NCBI GenBank assembly: GCA_964411875.1
Contig: CAYPMT010000001.1
Span: forward strand, 20,824 to 71,925
DNA: 51,102 nt
Source: an uncultured Kangiellaceae bacterium
Lineage (GTDB): Bacteria; Pseudomonadota; Gammaproteobacteria; Enterobacterales; Kangiellaceae
Reading direction: 5' to 3'
Below the pieces are notes generated by a model. The model was not told the DNA's origin and did not search any database. It was given only the letters and a program-made list of their open reading frames with translations. The position numbers and the translations under genes were made by a program. This document shows, piece by piece, positions 20,335 to 32,339 of the stretch. Position 1 is the stretch's first letter. Every line of letters begins with the position of its first letter.

Positions 20335-21276
20335 ATGCATTCATTAAAAATTTTTTTACCCCATGCCACAATGCAACAAATTGAGCCTTTATTTGAGTTA
20401 GAAAAGGTTAAAGAGACAGTAACTATTAAGGGTTTAACACAAGACTGGCAGTCGCTTTTTTGTCAAAGTGTTAATTACCCTGATAGCCATTTGCCTTGGT
20501 CTCAATTACGTATGGCACAATTTGGCCTCAGTCCTAATGTTAAAACGATTGCTTGTTGTGACCCGGTTATGTTGCAGTTAACTCATCGAGGCGCTTACAT
20601 GATGGGACAGTCGCCTTTAACTTGGACGCATAACGATGCAATTCGAGTGGTGGCGCAAATCAATGAGAAACTTATGAATGAGGGTGAAAGCCTTTATTTA
20701 ATCGATAAAAATGCCTGGCTTTTTTGCAGTGAGCAAGCGATGAGTTTTTCTGCTCCCAGAGTTGATGAGCTTATTGGTAAAGATATGTTTGATTTTTCTT
20801 ATGGTGGTCAAGAGCATACCTTTTGGCAAAAGTTAACCACAGAAATGCAAATGCTCATGAAACAAATGCAAGATTACCAAGGGCTCACAGCTGTTGCACC
20901 GGAAACTTGTTTAGGCGTCCATTTTTTTGATTGTTTAACTTTAAATGAATCTAAAGAAAATCATGCGGATGAACGTCAGCAGATTCCATTTATTAAAAAT
21001 ACTAAGATGACTTTAGTGAGTAATAACGATTTGATTAAAACCTTTTGTATGAATACGTTATTAACTTATTGCGAATATGAACAGCTTGATCAAGTTGAGA
21101 CTGATGAGTGCATTCTTATTTTATTTGAAACAGAACAGGAAACGTACCCTAAACTTGTTCAGTTTTGGCAAGATAGAATATTAACAAATAAAAAACTGGA
21201 TACTCAAATTGTTTTGCAAGATCGAATTATTACACGAAAAAACGAACCTAGCCTGTTACAGCGAATATTCAGCTAG
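20335..21276 (+). CDS. Hypothetical protein upstream of recJ, possibly a degenerate phosphoglycerate-mutase-like protein
   Basis: CCDPVML and W.KL.TE.QML motifs recall proteins seen upstream of recJ; unverified. Confidence 0.55.
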   Translation: MHSLKIFLPHATMQQIEPLFELEKVKETVTIKGLTQDWQSLFCQSVNYPDSHLPWSQLRMAQFGLSPNVKTIACCDPVMLQLTHRGAYMMGQSPLTWTHNDAIRVVAQINEKLMNEGESLYLIDKNAWLFCSEQAMSFSAPRVDELIGKDMFDFSYGGQEHTFWQKLTTEMQMLMKQMQDYQGLTAVAPETCLGVHFFDCLTLNESKENHADERQQIPFIKNTKMTLVSNNDLIKTFCMNTLLTYCEYEQLDQVETDECILILFETEQETYPKLVQFWQDRILTNKKLDTQIVLQDRIITRKNEPSLLQRIFS

Positions 21277-21277
21277 T

Positions 21278-23020
21278 ATGATTATTAAAAAAGTCATTAA
21301 CAAGTCATGGGTTCAGCCAAATCCTGAATTAGATGTTTTTCCAACCAAAATACAACAGATTTTAGCGACACGAAATGTTCAAAGTCTAGAAGCATTAGAC
21401 TATTCACTTAAAGGTTTATTGCCACCAACCAAACTAAAATCCATCGATAAGGCGACCGGGGTTTTATTTGACGCGATTAAGTTAGAACAATCAATTTTGA
21501 TTATTGGGGACTTTGATGCAGATGGTGCAACTAGCACTGCAGTTTTATTACGTGCATTAAAGCTATTAGGTGCAAAAAAAATCAATTATCTAGTGCCTGA
21601 TAGGTTTCACTTTGGTTATGGCTTATCGGTTAAACTGGTTGAGCATGCGGCTCAATTTAATCCTGATTTAATTGTGACTGTTGATACCGGTATTACCAAT
21701 GTTGAAGGGGTTGAGCGGGCTAATCAGTTAGGTATTTCAGTCATTATTACCGATCATCATTTGGCAAGTATTCAGTTGCCTGAGGCAAAAGCTATTGTTA
21801 ATCCAAATCAACCGGGTGATCGTTTTGAAAGTAAATGTCTTGCGGGCGTTGGCGTTGCATTTTACTTAATGTTATCACTAAGAAGTTGTATGCGAGCCCA
21901 AGGGTGGTTTAAAGAAAAAAATATTGATGAACCTAATTTGGCTGAGTTACTTGATATTGTTGCTGTTGGAACCGTTGCAGACTTAGTACCTCTCGATAAA
22001 AATAATCGTATTATGGTTGAGCAGGGTTTAAAACGAATTCGCAGCGGTCTTTCTTGTGCGGGTATTAAGGCATTATTGCAAATAGCTAAACGCCAGGAAA
22101 AAAAATGTCAGGCCAGTGACTTAGGCTTTGCTGTTGGTCCCAGAATTAATGCAGCTGGACGTCTTGATGATATATCTATTGGCATTGAGTGTTTATTAAT
22201 GGATGATTATGAAAAAGCGCTATCTATTGCAAGTAAACTTGATAATTTAAATCGTTCACGAAAAAATATTGAAAAGGAAATGTTAGCGCAAGCAACAAAA
22301 GATATTGAAACTTGTATTGAAAAAATCTTGTCAAATGATGTCGATGAAGGTCAGGAAACATCAGCGTTATGTTTGTATGACCCTAATTGGCACCAAGGTG
22401 TTGTTGGTATTTTAGCTTCTCGTGTTAAAGAAAAAATTAATCGTCCAGTAATTATTTTTGCACAAGATGATAATCAAGCGTTACTTAAGGGGTCGGCTCG
22501 TTCTATTGAAGGTTTACATATACGCGATATTTTAGCTTTGATAGACAGCCAAGACTCTCAACTAATCGAAAAATTTGGTGGTCATGCTATGGCTGCAGGT
22601 TTAACTATTAAGCAAGACAACTATCAAAAGTTTGCGGAGTTTTTTCAACAAAATGTGCAATCCAATAGTGGTTTAATTAAAGATGAAATTATTACTGATG
22701 GCGAGTTGCAGCCTGATGAATTAAGTCTTGATTTTGCCTCTCAATTACGTCGTTTGGGGCCTTGGGGGCAAGGTTTTCCAGAGCCTTTATTTAGCGATGA
22801 TTTTTTTGTGGTTAACTGTCGTGTTCTTGCTGAAGAACATTTGAAACTTGTTGTTGAAAAACAAGGCCATTATATTGATGGAATCTTTTTCCGTTATCCA
22901 AAAGCACTTAATGTGGCTGAAGGTGATAAGATTAAATTAGTTTATAAGCTAGCGGTTAATGAATACCTCGGTAATCAAACGCCTCAGCTGATGATTGAGC
23001 AGCTAGAAATCTTCCGGTGA
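21278..23020 (+). CDS. recJ: ssDNA exonuclease RecJ
   Basis: [32 protein letters not shown]; start set at ATG 21278. Confidence 0.97.
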   Translation: MIIKKVINKSWVQPNPELDVFPTKIQQILATRNVQSLEALDYSLKGLLPPTKLKSIDKATGVLFDAIKLEQSILIIGDFDADGATSTAVLLRALKLLGAKKINYLVPDRFHFGYGLSVKLVEHAAQFNPDLIVTVDTGITNVEGVERANQLGISVIITDHHLASIQLPEAKAIVNPNQPGDRFESKCLAGVGVAFYLMLSLRSCMRAQGWFKEKNIDEPNLAELLDIVAVGTVADLVPLDKNNRIMVEQGLKRIRSGLSCAGIKALLQIAKRQEKKCQASDLGFAVGPRINAAGRLDDISIGIECLLMDDYEKALSIASKLDNLNRSRKNIEKEMLAQATKDIETCIEKILSNDVDEGQETSALCLYDPNWHQGVVGILASRVKEKINRPVIIFAQDDNQALLKGSARSIEGLHIRDILALIDSQDSQLIEKFGGHAMAAGLTIKQDNYQKFAEFFQQNVQSNSGLIKDEIITDGELQPDELSLDFASQLRRLGPWGQGFPEPLFSDDFFVVNCRVLAEEHLKLVVEKQGHYIDGIFFRYPKALNVAEGDKIKLVYKLAVNEYLGNQTPQLMIEQLEIFR

Positions 23021-23206
23021 GTCTATCTCATCAGAAGAGCCTGATGGTGGTGCCGATGAGCCTGCTATAACATGACCCTCATTTGCCCATTCGCCGAGAT
23101 CAATTAACTGACAACGTTTACTGCAAAAAGGTCGAAAATCTTGGCAATCTTTCCATCGAAGGCTCTTTTTGCAAGTTGGACATGAGATGATTAAGTCATT
23201 TTTCAT
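23003..23206 (-). CDS. yacG: DNA gyrase inhibitor YacG
   Basis: CPTC...[17 protein letters not shown] zinc finger. Confidence 0.93.
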   Translation of the reverse strand: MKNDLIISCPTCKKSLRWKDCQDFRPFCSKRCQLIDLGEWANEGHVIAGSSAPPSGSSDEIDSPEDF

Positions 23207-23290
23207 TAACTTTTTCTTTTCTTTGGTGTTTCTATAGCAGTATAATCTATGTTAATTAAATTACAAAAGTTTAGTTAATAGAGGAATAAA

Positions 23291-23569
23291 ATGGCAACTG
23301 CAACAGCAAGACATATTCTAGTTTCAAGTGAAGATGAGTGTAATCAGTTAAAACAACAAATTATTGATGGTAGTAGTTTTGAAGATATTGCAAAGGAGCA
23401 CTCAACTTGCCCATCTGGTAAAAGTGGCGGTGACTTAGGTGCTTTTGGTCCAGGTATGATGGTTCCTGAGTTTGATGAGGTTTGTTTTAATGAATCAGTC
23501 GGTGAGGTTCATGGACCAGTTAAAACACAGTTTGGATACCACTTGGTTGAAGTGACTAGTAGACAGTAG
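23291..23569 (+). CDS. ppiC: Parvulin peptidyl-prolyl isomerase
   Basis: ARHILV, HSTCPSG..GGDLG, KTQFGYH. Confidence 0.95.
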   Translation: MATATARHILVSSEDECNQLKQQIIDGSSFEDIAKEHSTCPSGKSGGDLGAFGPGMMVPEFDEVCFNESVGEVHGPVKTQFGYHLVEVTSRQ

Positions 23570-23588
23570 TTTTATAATAGTCGGATAA

Positions 23589-23623
23589 ACTAAAAAAGGC
23601 GCTATTTAAGCGCCTTTTTTAGT
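23589..23623. terminator. Bidirectional intrinsic terminator (ppiC/pckA)
   Basis: ACTAAAAAAGGCGCT / AGCGCCTTTTTTAGT. Confidence 0.9.
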
Positions 23624-23650
23624 GGGTGAACCTAGAGAGCCGTTGAACGA

Positions 23651-25183
23651 TTAGGCTTGAGGGCCTGCAGCTTTAATTGATTCAGTAATATCAAATTTTT
23701 CGATATTGTCTTGGAAAAGCTTAGCGAGTGCTTTAGCTTCTTGGTCGTAAGCAGAAGCATCTGACCAAGTCTTTTTAGGTTGCAGCAAATCACTATCAAC
23801 ACCTTCAACAGCAACAGGTACGTTAAGGTTAAGTGATTCAATTCGAACCGTTTCTGCATTAGCCAAGGCACCTGATTGAATAGCGCTAATGACTGAACGT
23901 GTCGTTGGAATGCTAAAGCGTTTACCGCCACCTGAATAAGAACCACCAGTCCAGCCAGTATTGACCAAATAAACTTTTGCATTGTTAGCTTCAATACGTT
24001 TCATTAACAGTTCAGCATAAACGCTCGCTGGACGAGGGAAGAATGGTGCGCCAAAACAGGTTGAGAAAGTTGGTTCAATTGCTGAAGTAGAACCAATTTC
24101 TGTTGAACCAACTTTAGCCGTATAACCACTTAAGAAATGATAAGCAGCAGCTTCTTTGGATAAAATTGATACCGGCGGTAATACGCCAGTTAAGTCACAA
24201 GTTAAGAAAATAACTGCACTTGGTTCGCCATCACGATTTTCATTAATGCGTGAATCAATGTGTTCTCTTGGGTAGCCTGCACGACCATTTTGGCTGAGTT
24301 TGGTGTCAGTATAATCCGGTTGACCTTGGTTATCTAAAACCACATTCTCAATAATGGTGCCGCGTTTAATTGCACTCCAAATAACAGGTTCATTTTTTTC
24401 TGAGAGGTCAATTGTTTTTGCATAGCAGCCGCCTTCAATGTTGAATACGGTGCCTGTTCCCCAGCCGTGTTCGTCATCGCCAATTAAGTAACGAGCTGGA
24501 TCAGCTGAAAGAGTAGTTTTTCCTGTGCCTGATAAGCCAAAGAATAAAGTCACATCGCCTTTGCCATCAGAGTTTGCTGCACAATGCATAGGTAGAACAT
24601 CTTTTGCTGGGAGTAAAAAGTTTTGTACTGAGAACATGGCTTTTTTCATTTCACCGGCATAACGCATACCGGCTAATAAAACTTTGCGTTGACCAAAATT
24701 AATAATCACAACGCCATCGCTATTGGTGCCATCTCTTTCAGGGTCACACTTGAAGTTAGCGCAATTTAATATCTGCCACTCTTCTTTGTTATCAGCGTTA
24801 TAATTAGTTGGGCGGACAAACAAGTTACGTCCAAAAAGATTTTGCCAAGCAGTTTCTGTTGTAACATTTACTGGAAGATAGTGTTCTGGATCGGAGCCAA
24901 CATGTAACTCTGAAACAAATTGGTTCTCTTTAGTTTGAATATAGTTTTCAACCCGTTGCCAAAGAGCATTAAATTTATCTTCATCAAAAGGTCGATTGAT
25001 ATTGCCCCAGTCAATGTCTGACTGAGTTGATGCTTCTTTAACAATAAAGCGATCTTTAGGGGAGCGACCTGTGCGTAAGCCGGTTTCAACACTGAGTGCG
25101 CCATTAGAAGCAATCACGCCCTCGTTGAGCTCTATCGCCATATCGATCAATTGATCACTGGTTAAATTTATATGTTGTGCCAC
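23651..25183 (-). CDS. pckA: Phosphoenolpyruvate carboxykinase (ATP)
   Basis: [28 protein letters not shown]. Confidence 0.98.
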   Translation of the reverse strand: MAQHINLTSDQLIDMAIELNEGVIASNGALSVETGLRTGRSPKDRFIVKEASTQSDIDWGNINRPFDEDKFNALWQRVENYIQTKENQFVSELHVGSDPEHYLPVNVTTETAWQNLFGRNLFVRPTNYNADNKEEWQILNCANFKCDPERDGTNSDGVVIINFGQRKVLLAGMRYAGEMKKAMFSVQNFLLPAKDVLPMHCAANSDGKGDVTLFFGLSGTGKTTLSADPARYLIGDDEHGWGTGTVFNIEGGCYAKTIDLSEKNEPVIWSAIKRGTIIENVVLDNQGQPDYTDTKLSQNGRAGYPREHIDSRINENRDGEPSAVIFLTCDLTGVLPPVSILSKEAAAYHFLSGYTAKVGSTEIGSTSAIEPTFSTCFGAPFFPRPASVYAELLMKRIEANNAKVYLVNTGWTGGSYSGGGKRFSIPTTRSVISAIQSGALANAETVRIESLNLNVPVAVEGVDSDLLQPKKTWSDASAYDQEAKALAKLFQDNIEKFDITESIKAAGPQA

Positions 25184-25344
25184 GTTACTACCTACCGTTT
25201 TGTTTTAAAGTGAATGTTTAAAAGAAATTGGCCAAATTGTAACAAATCATATCAACTGAAACTAGCTAATTTAGAGGTGTTTTAGCGATTTATACGCTTG
25301 AAGAGTACTGTTTGAGAGTCTTTCTTTTAGTTTTTAGTCTAAGT

Positions 25345-26328
25345 CTAATAACTGCGTTCAACGGCTAGTTCTGCGAGTTCACTCAACGCTTGAGTGTATG
25401 GGTTGTCAGGCATTTGTTTTAAGTGGGTTTTAGCCAAGGTGACTTGTTCCTGTGCTTTATTAAGTGTGTAATCAATCGAACCTGTTTGTTTAATGATGCT
25501 TTGGATTTCCTCCAAATGCTCAATGCCGCCATTTTCAATGCAGTTTTCAATTAGCTTGCGGGATTTTTCATCGGCCTGTTGTTTGGCATAAATAAGCGGT
25601 AACGTTGGTTTGCCTTCCGCTAAGTCGTCACCAACATTTTTACCTAATGCTTCGCTGTCAGATATATAATCCAGAGCATCGTCCATCAATTGAAAAGCTA
25701 AGCCCAGATGTAAACCAAATTGATGGAGTTGGTCGGCGAGCTCATCTCGTCCACTAATAATAGCGCCAAGTTGGCAAGCTGCTGCAAAGAGGATGGCAGT
25801 TTTATTATGAATAACTTCAAAATAAGCTTGTTCAGTGGTGTTTGGATCATTACAGTTCATCAGCTGTAGAACTTCACCTTCCGCAATTTTATTAGTCGTG
25901 TTCGCTAAAACTTGCATCACTTGCATTTTGTCCAGCGACACCATCATTTGAAAGGCGCGAGAGTAAAGAAAGTCTCCCACAAGTACGCTAGCAGCATTAC
26001 CAAATAGAGCATTTGCCGTTTCATTACCGCGTCGTCTATCGCTTTCGTCAACCACATCATCATGCAGTAGGGTGGCTGTATGGATAAACTCAATAATGGC
26101 TGCAGCTTTATGCTGTTGATCGCCTTGATAACCCAACGCATTAGAGGCTATTAAGACTAATAATGGTCTTAGTCGTTTACCACCAGATGAGATAATATAT
26201 TGGCCAAGTTGATTGATGAGCACAACATCTGATTTGAGTTGTTGTAAGATAATCTGATTAGTCGCTTTAAAGTCGCTATCTACTAGGCGAACAATATCGT
26301 TTACATTGGTCAATTTGGTTAATTCCAT
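25345..26328 (-). CDS. ispB: Octaprenyl diphosphate synthase
   Basis: GGKRLRP, LHDDVVD, FQLMDD; divergent from rplU. Confidence 0.95.
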   Translation of the reverse strand: MELTKLTNVNDIVRLVDSDFKATNQIILQQLKSDVVLINQLGQYIISSGGKRLRPLLVLIASNALGYQGDQQHKAAAIIEFIHTATLLHDDVVDESDRRRGNETANALFGNAASVLVGDFLYSRAFQMMVSLDKMQVMQVLANTTNKIAEGEVLQLMNCNDPNTTEQAYFEVIHNKTAILFAAACQLGAIISGRDELADQLHQFGLHLGLAFQLMDDALDYISDSEALGKNVGDDLAEGKPTLPLIYAKQQADEKSRKLIENCIENGGIEHLEEIQSIIKQTGSIDYTLNKAQEQVTLAKTHLKQMPDNPYTQALSELAELAVERSY

Positions 26329-26492
26329 AAACCCAGTATGGGTATTGATATAATTATTTAATCCAGCGGCAAATGCTAGGCTGTGACGCGGTGAGGGTCA
26401 AGTTAAAAAGTGTTAATAGCTGTTAATAGCGTTTATTTTATTAAAATATGACTTTGTTTTAATCAAAAATGATCAAATTTACAGCTTTTAGC

Positions 26493-26529
26493 TTGCGACA
26501 AATGCTTCAATAGCATAAAATGCGCGCCC
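26493..26529 (+). promoter_or_regulatory. rplU-rpmA promoter with GC-rich discriminator
   Basis: TTGCGA-17 bp-TAAAAT-GCGCGCCC. Confidence 0.75.
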
Positions 26530-26604
26530 TTATTTATGATTCCCATTGAAGTAAGTAACCAATTTATTAGTATTAGACTAATATAGAACGGAGAAATAGA
26601 GATT

Positions 26605-26916
26605 ATGTACGCGGTGATTCAAAGTGGTGGCAAACAACACCGAGTATCAGAAGGCCAAGTGGTTCGATTGGAAAAGATCGACGCTGAAAAAGGCGCGTCT
26701 GTTGATTTTGATAAAATCTTAATGGTTGGTGAAGGCGCTGATTTAGCGTTAGGTGCACCTTACTTAGATGCCGCAAAAGTCTCTGGTGAAGTTGTTGAAC
26801 ATGGCCGAGGCAAAAAAATTAAAATTGTTAAGTTTAAACGACGTAAGCACCACCGTAAGCAAATGGGGCATCGTCAGTGGTATACTGAAGTTAAAATTAC
26901 TGGTATTAGTAAGTAG
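26605..26916 (+). CDS. rplU: 50S ribosomal protein L21
   Basis: [14 protein letters not shown]...GHRQWYT. Confidence 0.99.
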   Translation: MYAVIQSGGKQHRVSEGQVVRLEKIDAEKGASVDFDKILMVGEGADLALGAPYLDAAKVSGEVVEHGRGKKIKIVKFKRRKHHRKQMGHRQWYTEVKITGISK

Positions 26917-26961
26917 TTTTAGCCGTATTGGTTTAGGTTTTTAGAGTATCGGAGAAATAAA

Positions 26962-27219
26962 ATGGCACATAAGAAAGCTGGTGGTAGTACTCGTAACGGT
27001 CGCGATTCGGAATCCAAACGCTTAGGTGTTAAACGTTTTGGTGGCGAAAAAGTTTTAGCTGGTAGCATCATTGTTCGTCAGCGTGGTACTCATTTTCACC
27101 CTGGCGTTGATGTTGGTATTGGTCGAGATCATACGCTTTTTGCTAAAAAAGATGGCGAAGTTAAATTTGAAGTAAAAGGTTTACGTAATCGCCGAACTGT
27201 TAGTATTGTAGCTAACTAA
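26962..27219 (+). CDS. rpmA: 50S ribosomal protein L27
   Basis: [16 protein letters not shown]. Confidence 0.99.
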   Translation: MAHKKAGGSTRNGRDSESKRLGVKRFGGEKVLAGSIIVRQRGTHFHPGVDVGIGRDHTLFAKKDGEVKFEVKGLRNRRTVSIVAN

Positions 27220-27242
27220 ACATTTCTTTACTTGATTCAATC

Positions 27243-27276
27243 AACTAAAAAAGCTCCATATGGAGCTTTTTTAGTT
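27243..27276 (+). terminator. Intrinsic terminator after rpmA
   Basis: AACTAAAAAAGCTCCATATGGAGCTTTTTTAGTT palindrome. Confidence 0.88.
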
Positions 27277-27333
27277 TAAGCCCAATTAGGGTTAATTAAC
27301 CCTATAATATAAATCCTTAATGTTAAACGCTAA

Positions 27334-28383
<1,050 letters not shown>

Positions 28384-28434
28384 GGGTTAAAGATAAGGTG
28401 TGTCAATAACCCCTAGTATTTAGATAAATTAAAG

Positions 28435-29064
28435 CTATTTTATATACTCATTTAGTAGCTTTTTAAGATCAGAAAAGCGTTTGTAATCATCACTAAGATG
28501 CCCTGTTATTAAAATGTTACCTTCAGGATCAATAAGAATAGGAGTTGGGAAAAATTCAACTTTGTAATCTGCAACAGCCTTTTCATTAGATTGTAACTGT
28601 AACCAAGGATAGTCATTTTCTTTTAAAAAAGCCCTAAGATCTTCGCATTCATGGCAGACCCCAATAAAAACTACTTTATTTTTATCAGCAGTATCATAGG
28701 TTTCTTTGATATGAGGAAGCCCTTCAACACAAGGCCCACACCAGGTACCCCAAAAATCAAGAAAAACATACTTACCTCTGAAATCAGATAATTTATACTC
28801 TTTTCCTGCCAAATCTTTTAATGCAAAGTCTGGCGCAGGCTTTTCAAGAAGCTTAGCCAGCTTTTTCATTGACTCTTCTTCAGAATCGTCTGTTTTCTGG
28901 GAGTTGTTAGCTTCAGTAATCGTATTATCAATTGAGTTGCTCGTGTCAGCTGATTTGATCGTATTTGTGTTGCAAGCGGAATTAAATATTACTGAAAATA
29001 GCATTAAAATAACTGCTAAAGTTTTAAAGCCGCTATATGTAAGGCTTATTATAAAATGACTCAT
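28435..29064 (-). CDS. TlpA/ResA-like thiol-disulfide oxidoreductase, probable lipoprotein
   Basis: APDF.L, DFWGTWCGPC, FPT..LID.EG; NSAC possible lipobox. Confidence 0.88.
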   Translation of the reverse strand: MSHFIISLTYSGFKTLAVILMLFSVIFNSACNTNTIKSADTSNSIDNTITEANNSQKTDDSEEESMKKLAKLLEKPAPDFALKDLAGKEYKLSDFRGKYVFLDFWGTWCGPCVEGLPHIKETYDTADKNKVVFIGVCHECEDLRAFLKENDYPWLQLQSNEKAVADYKVEFFPTPILIDPEGNILITGHLSDDYKRFSDLKKLLNEYIK

Positions 29065-29247
29065 AGTTTTACCTCTAGAGTATGTTGGAACAGGTCAGTA
29101 TAGTTTTATTTTTGATATAAAGCATTATCAATTGTAGTGTTTGTATCTATAAGTTTAAAACGGCTGTGTAAAAATTTGTAATGCTGTGAGAAGCATCAAA
29201 AGTACAGTTTGGCGATATAGGTAAGTGATTGATTCTGGTTCAGGCAT

Positions 29248-29275
29248 AAAAAAACCGCTAAACTAGCGGCTTTTT
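29248..29275 (-). terminator. Intrinsic terminator after rpsT
   Basis: AAAAAAA-CCGCTA-AAC-TAGCGG-CTTTTT. Confidence 0.85.
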
Positions 29276-29294
29276 AGGTATTCTAAGAAGTAAC

Positions 29295-29558
29295 TTAAGC
29301 CATTGCTTTAATCTGAGTATTAAAACGGCTTTTATGACGAGCAGCCTTATTCGCGTGAATAAGCCCTTTATTAGCAGCAACATCGATTACTGAAACAGCT
29401 TTTTGGTAAGCGGTTTGAGCGGCGTCTTTGTCACCAGCACTAATAGCAGCAATAACCTTTTTCATGTAGGTTCGCATCATAGAGCGACGACTTGCATTAT
29501 GTTTACGGCGTTTTTCGGATTGACGAGCCCGTTTTTTTGCAGATTTTATATTAGCCAA
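29295..29558 (-). CDS. rpsT: 30S ribosomal protein S20
   Basis: [10 protein letters not shown]...[12 protein letters not shown] start at 29558 with AGGAG RBS. Confidence 0.98.
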   Translation of the reverse strand: MANIKSAKKRARQSEKRRKHNASRRSMMRTYMKKVIAAISAGDKDAAQTAYQKAVSVIDVAANKGLIHANKAARHKSRFNTQIKAMA

Positions 29559-29703
29559 GAGTTTACTCCTGAAATCCAAGCTGAAAATTTAAGGAGCGAG
29601 AATATACCTATTTTTTTTGCAAATATCAATACGTAGCAGATAAAAAACTGTTTTTTAAGTTGATTTGCATGGCTTTGGATAAGGGATATTTGAATATTGA
29701 GTT

Positions 29704-30660
29704 TTATTGGGAAGCGATAAACTTTTGTGTTTCATGTCCATACATTATTTGGTTTCGACCATTTTCTTTAGCTTCATAGAGATATTTGTCAGCTACTTCT
29801 ATTAATTGTTGTTCATTGACTCCATGGCTAGGGTAAGCATAAGCAATACCAGCACTGATTGTAACTGTAGGACAAACAGGTGAGTTTTTGTTGGGAAGCC
29901 TTAAGTCCCGGATCATATTTAAGAGCCTATTAATGATTTTTTCTGCAGTTAGTATTTTTGTATTGCTTAATAATATAACAAACTCTTCACCACCAAATCT
30001 TGCGCATATGTCACCTGGTCTATTAGTGATTTTTTTAAGAACAGAGCTGATTATTTTTAGGCATTGGTCGCCAACCTGGTGCCCATAGGTGTCATTTAGC
30101 AATTTAAAATGGTCAATATCAATTAAGGCAAGACTAATGGGTTGCTTTAAACGGTCACAACGACTCCATTCTTGATGTAAAAACTCATCAAAATATCGAC
30201 GATTACAAAGATTGGTTAGGCCATCAATTCGGGATAAATGTAATACTTTTTCTTCGGCAAGCTTTCGTTCAGTAATATCTTGATGAGAAATAGTAAAAAA
30301 CTCTTTTTGTTCAACGATAAAAGATGATACTCGCATCATAAACCATCTTTTTATCGTAGCACTATGGCAAGGATACTCAAGGTAAAAGTTTATTCTTTTC
30401 TTATCAATGATGCTTCTTATACCTATACCGGCATTGCGGCCAAACTCATCACCCATTTGAGCTGAGTCATCACATATTTTAAGGTAATTAACTTCTTTCC
30501 ATGTTATCTGAGTTTTAGTTGAGCATTTGTTATCGACACTAAATTTAACCCAGCTGTCATTGACAAACTGGATATTCCCTTTTCTGTCAATGACAGTAAT
30601 TTGTTCATTAATCGAATTAAGAACCGATTCTAAAAAGCTATTGTAATTCATCTTGGCCAA
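29704..30660 (-). CDS. PAS-domain diguanylate cyclase
   Basis: N-terminal PAS-like domain, DGLT.L.NRR, DIDHFK.LND.YGH, RPGD I-site, GGEEF. Confidence 0.92.
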   Translation of the reverse strand: MAKMNYNSFLESVLNSINEQITVIDRKGNIQFVNDSWVKFSVDNKCSTKTQITWKEVNYLKICDDSAQMGDEFGRNAGIGIRSIIDKKRINFYLEYPCHSATIKRWFMMRVSSFIVEQKEFFTISHQDITERKLAEEKVLHLSRIDGLTNLCNRRYFDEFLHQEWSRCDRLKQPISLALIDIDHFKLLNDTYGHQVGDQCLKIISSVLKKITNRPGDICARFGGEEFVILLSNTKILTAEKIINRLLNMIRDLRLPNKNSPVCPTVTISAGIAYAYPSHGVNEQQLIEVADKYLYEAKENGRNQIMYGHETQKFIASQ

Positions 30661-31066
30661 ATTAGAGCCTTCAATTGTCCGTTTTTGAATTTAAGTAGGT
30701 GCGGCAATAACTTTCTATACAGCTTGAATAATGGTTACGGAGTATACCTACATCAATTGTAAGTATAGGCAATTATTGGGCGATTGCTAAAATAAAAGGT
30801 TTAACCAGTAGTTGCTATGATTAAAAGCTATAAAGAGCTACTAGCTTTATAAGTTTGAGTTATATACTAAAGATTAACCCTCAAGCCAAATCTTCTAGCA
30901 AATTGTTTGCTATTCAGAAAATACTTTACTTAACAAGCACTAAAGGCTAATTATGAACAACTTGGAAAATTAATCCGGCTCGCGTATCCTAGGGCGGTTA
31001 ATAAAAGCGTTTATTTTAAGTGATAGGTTACAAGGCCATTTAAAAGTTTACTAAAAGGTTTGATTT

Positions 31067-32269
31067 ATGAAAAAAGTTTATATTTGTGATGCAGTTAGAA
31101 CGCCTATTGGAAAATTTGCAGGTTCATTAGCAGGTGTACGTGCTGATGATCTTGGCGCAATACCAATGAAAGCTTTAATGCAAAGAAATCCTCAGGTTAA
31201 TTGGCAGGAAGTTGATGATATTTATTACGGTTGCGCTAATCAAGCTGGTGAAGATAATCGCAATGTCGCTCGCATGAGTAGTTTGTTAGCAGGACTACCT
31301 AAAAATGTTCCAGCGGTTACACTAAACCGTTTATGCGGCTCTGGTATGGATGCGATAGGCACAGCAGCAAGAGCGATTGCTTGTGGTGATCAATCAATGG
31401 CGGTTGCTGGTGGTGTCGAGCAAATGTCGCGGGCGCCCTTTGTTATGCCAAAAGCGGAAACACCTTATTCTAGGAAAGCTGAAATGTATGATACGACTAT
31501 GGGCTGGCGTTTTGTTAACAAGCAATTAAAAGAACAATATGGTGTTGATAGTATGCCCGAAACCGCTGAAAATGTTGCCGAGCAATTTGATATTAGCCGA
31601 GCCGATCAAGATCAATTTGCTTTAAACTCTCAGCAAAAAACTCAACAAGCTTTGGCATCTAAACGGTTTGATATAGAAACCGTTCCAGTAACTGTTAAAG
31701 TTAATCGTAAAGAAACCCGTGAGTTTTCAGTTGATGAGCATCCACGTGCAAGTAGCATTGAAGGACTAGCAAAATTATCAACGCCTTTTAAAGCTAATGG
31801 TACAGTGACTGCAGGTAATGCCTCTGGCATTAACGATGGCGCTTGCGCTGTATTGCTAGCCAATCAAGAGCAGGTTGAAAAACAAAAACTTAAACCTTTA
31901 GCTCGAGTTGTTGCTATGGCAACTTCTGGGCTTGAGCCAAGAATTATGGGGTATGGTCCTGTAGAGGCTACTCAAAAAGTTTTGGCTAATACAGGGTTAA
32001 CCCTCGAACAAATGGATGTAATTGAATTAAACGAAGCCTTTGCTGCCCAAGCATTAGCGGTATTAAGAGGGCTTGGACTTAGTGACGATGACAAAAGAGT
32101 TAATCCCAATGGTGGTGCAATTGCTTTAGGCCATCCTTTAGGAATGAGCGGTGCTCGCTTAGTGACAACAGCTGCTTATGAGTTGCAAAATATCAATGGT
32201 CAATATGCACTCTGTACTATGTGCATAGGTGTTGGGCAAGGTATTGCTATGGTGATCGAGCGTAATTAA
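31067..32269 (+). CDS. paaJ: 3-oxoadipyl-CoA thiolase (PaaJ/PcaF family)
   Basis: [49 protein letters not shown]. Confidence 0.85.
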   Translation: MKKVYICDAVRTPIGKFAGSLAGVRADDLGAIPMKALMQRNPQVNWQEVDDIYYGCANQAGEDNRNVARMSSLLAGLPKNVPAVTLNRLCGSGMDAIGTAARAIACGDQSMAVAGGVEQMSRAPFVMPKAETPYSRKAEMYDTTMGWRFVNKQLKEQYGVDSMPETAENVAEQFDISRADQDQFALNSQQKTQQALASKRFDIETVPVTVKVNRKETREFSVDEHPRASSIEGLAKLSTPFKANGTVTAGNASGINDGACAVLLANQEQVEKQKLKPLARVVAMATSGLEPRIMGYGPVEATQKVLANTGLTLEQMDVIELNEAFAAQALAVLRGLGLSDDDKRVNPNGGAIALGHPLGMSGARLVTTAAYELQNINGQYALCTMCIGVGQGIAMVIERN

Positions 32270-32339
32270 TCGTGATTTTTAGTTGTGGTATTTTTCTTTT
32301 ATGATGTTTTCATTAGTTTATTATTTTAGGAAATTGATT

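Noticed and set aside
26411..26430. Tandem TGTTAATAGC x2 between ispB and rplU
   Set aside because: A two-copy 10-mer, most simply a slippage duplication; no array and no known motif.
30695..30751. GTAGGT...ACCTAC as a degenerate REP
   Set aside because: Only 6 bp of terminal complementarity; cannot be distinguished from chance.
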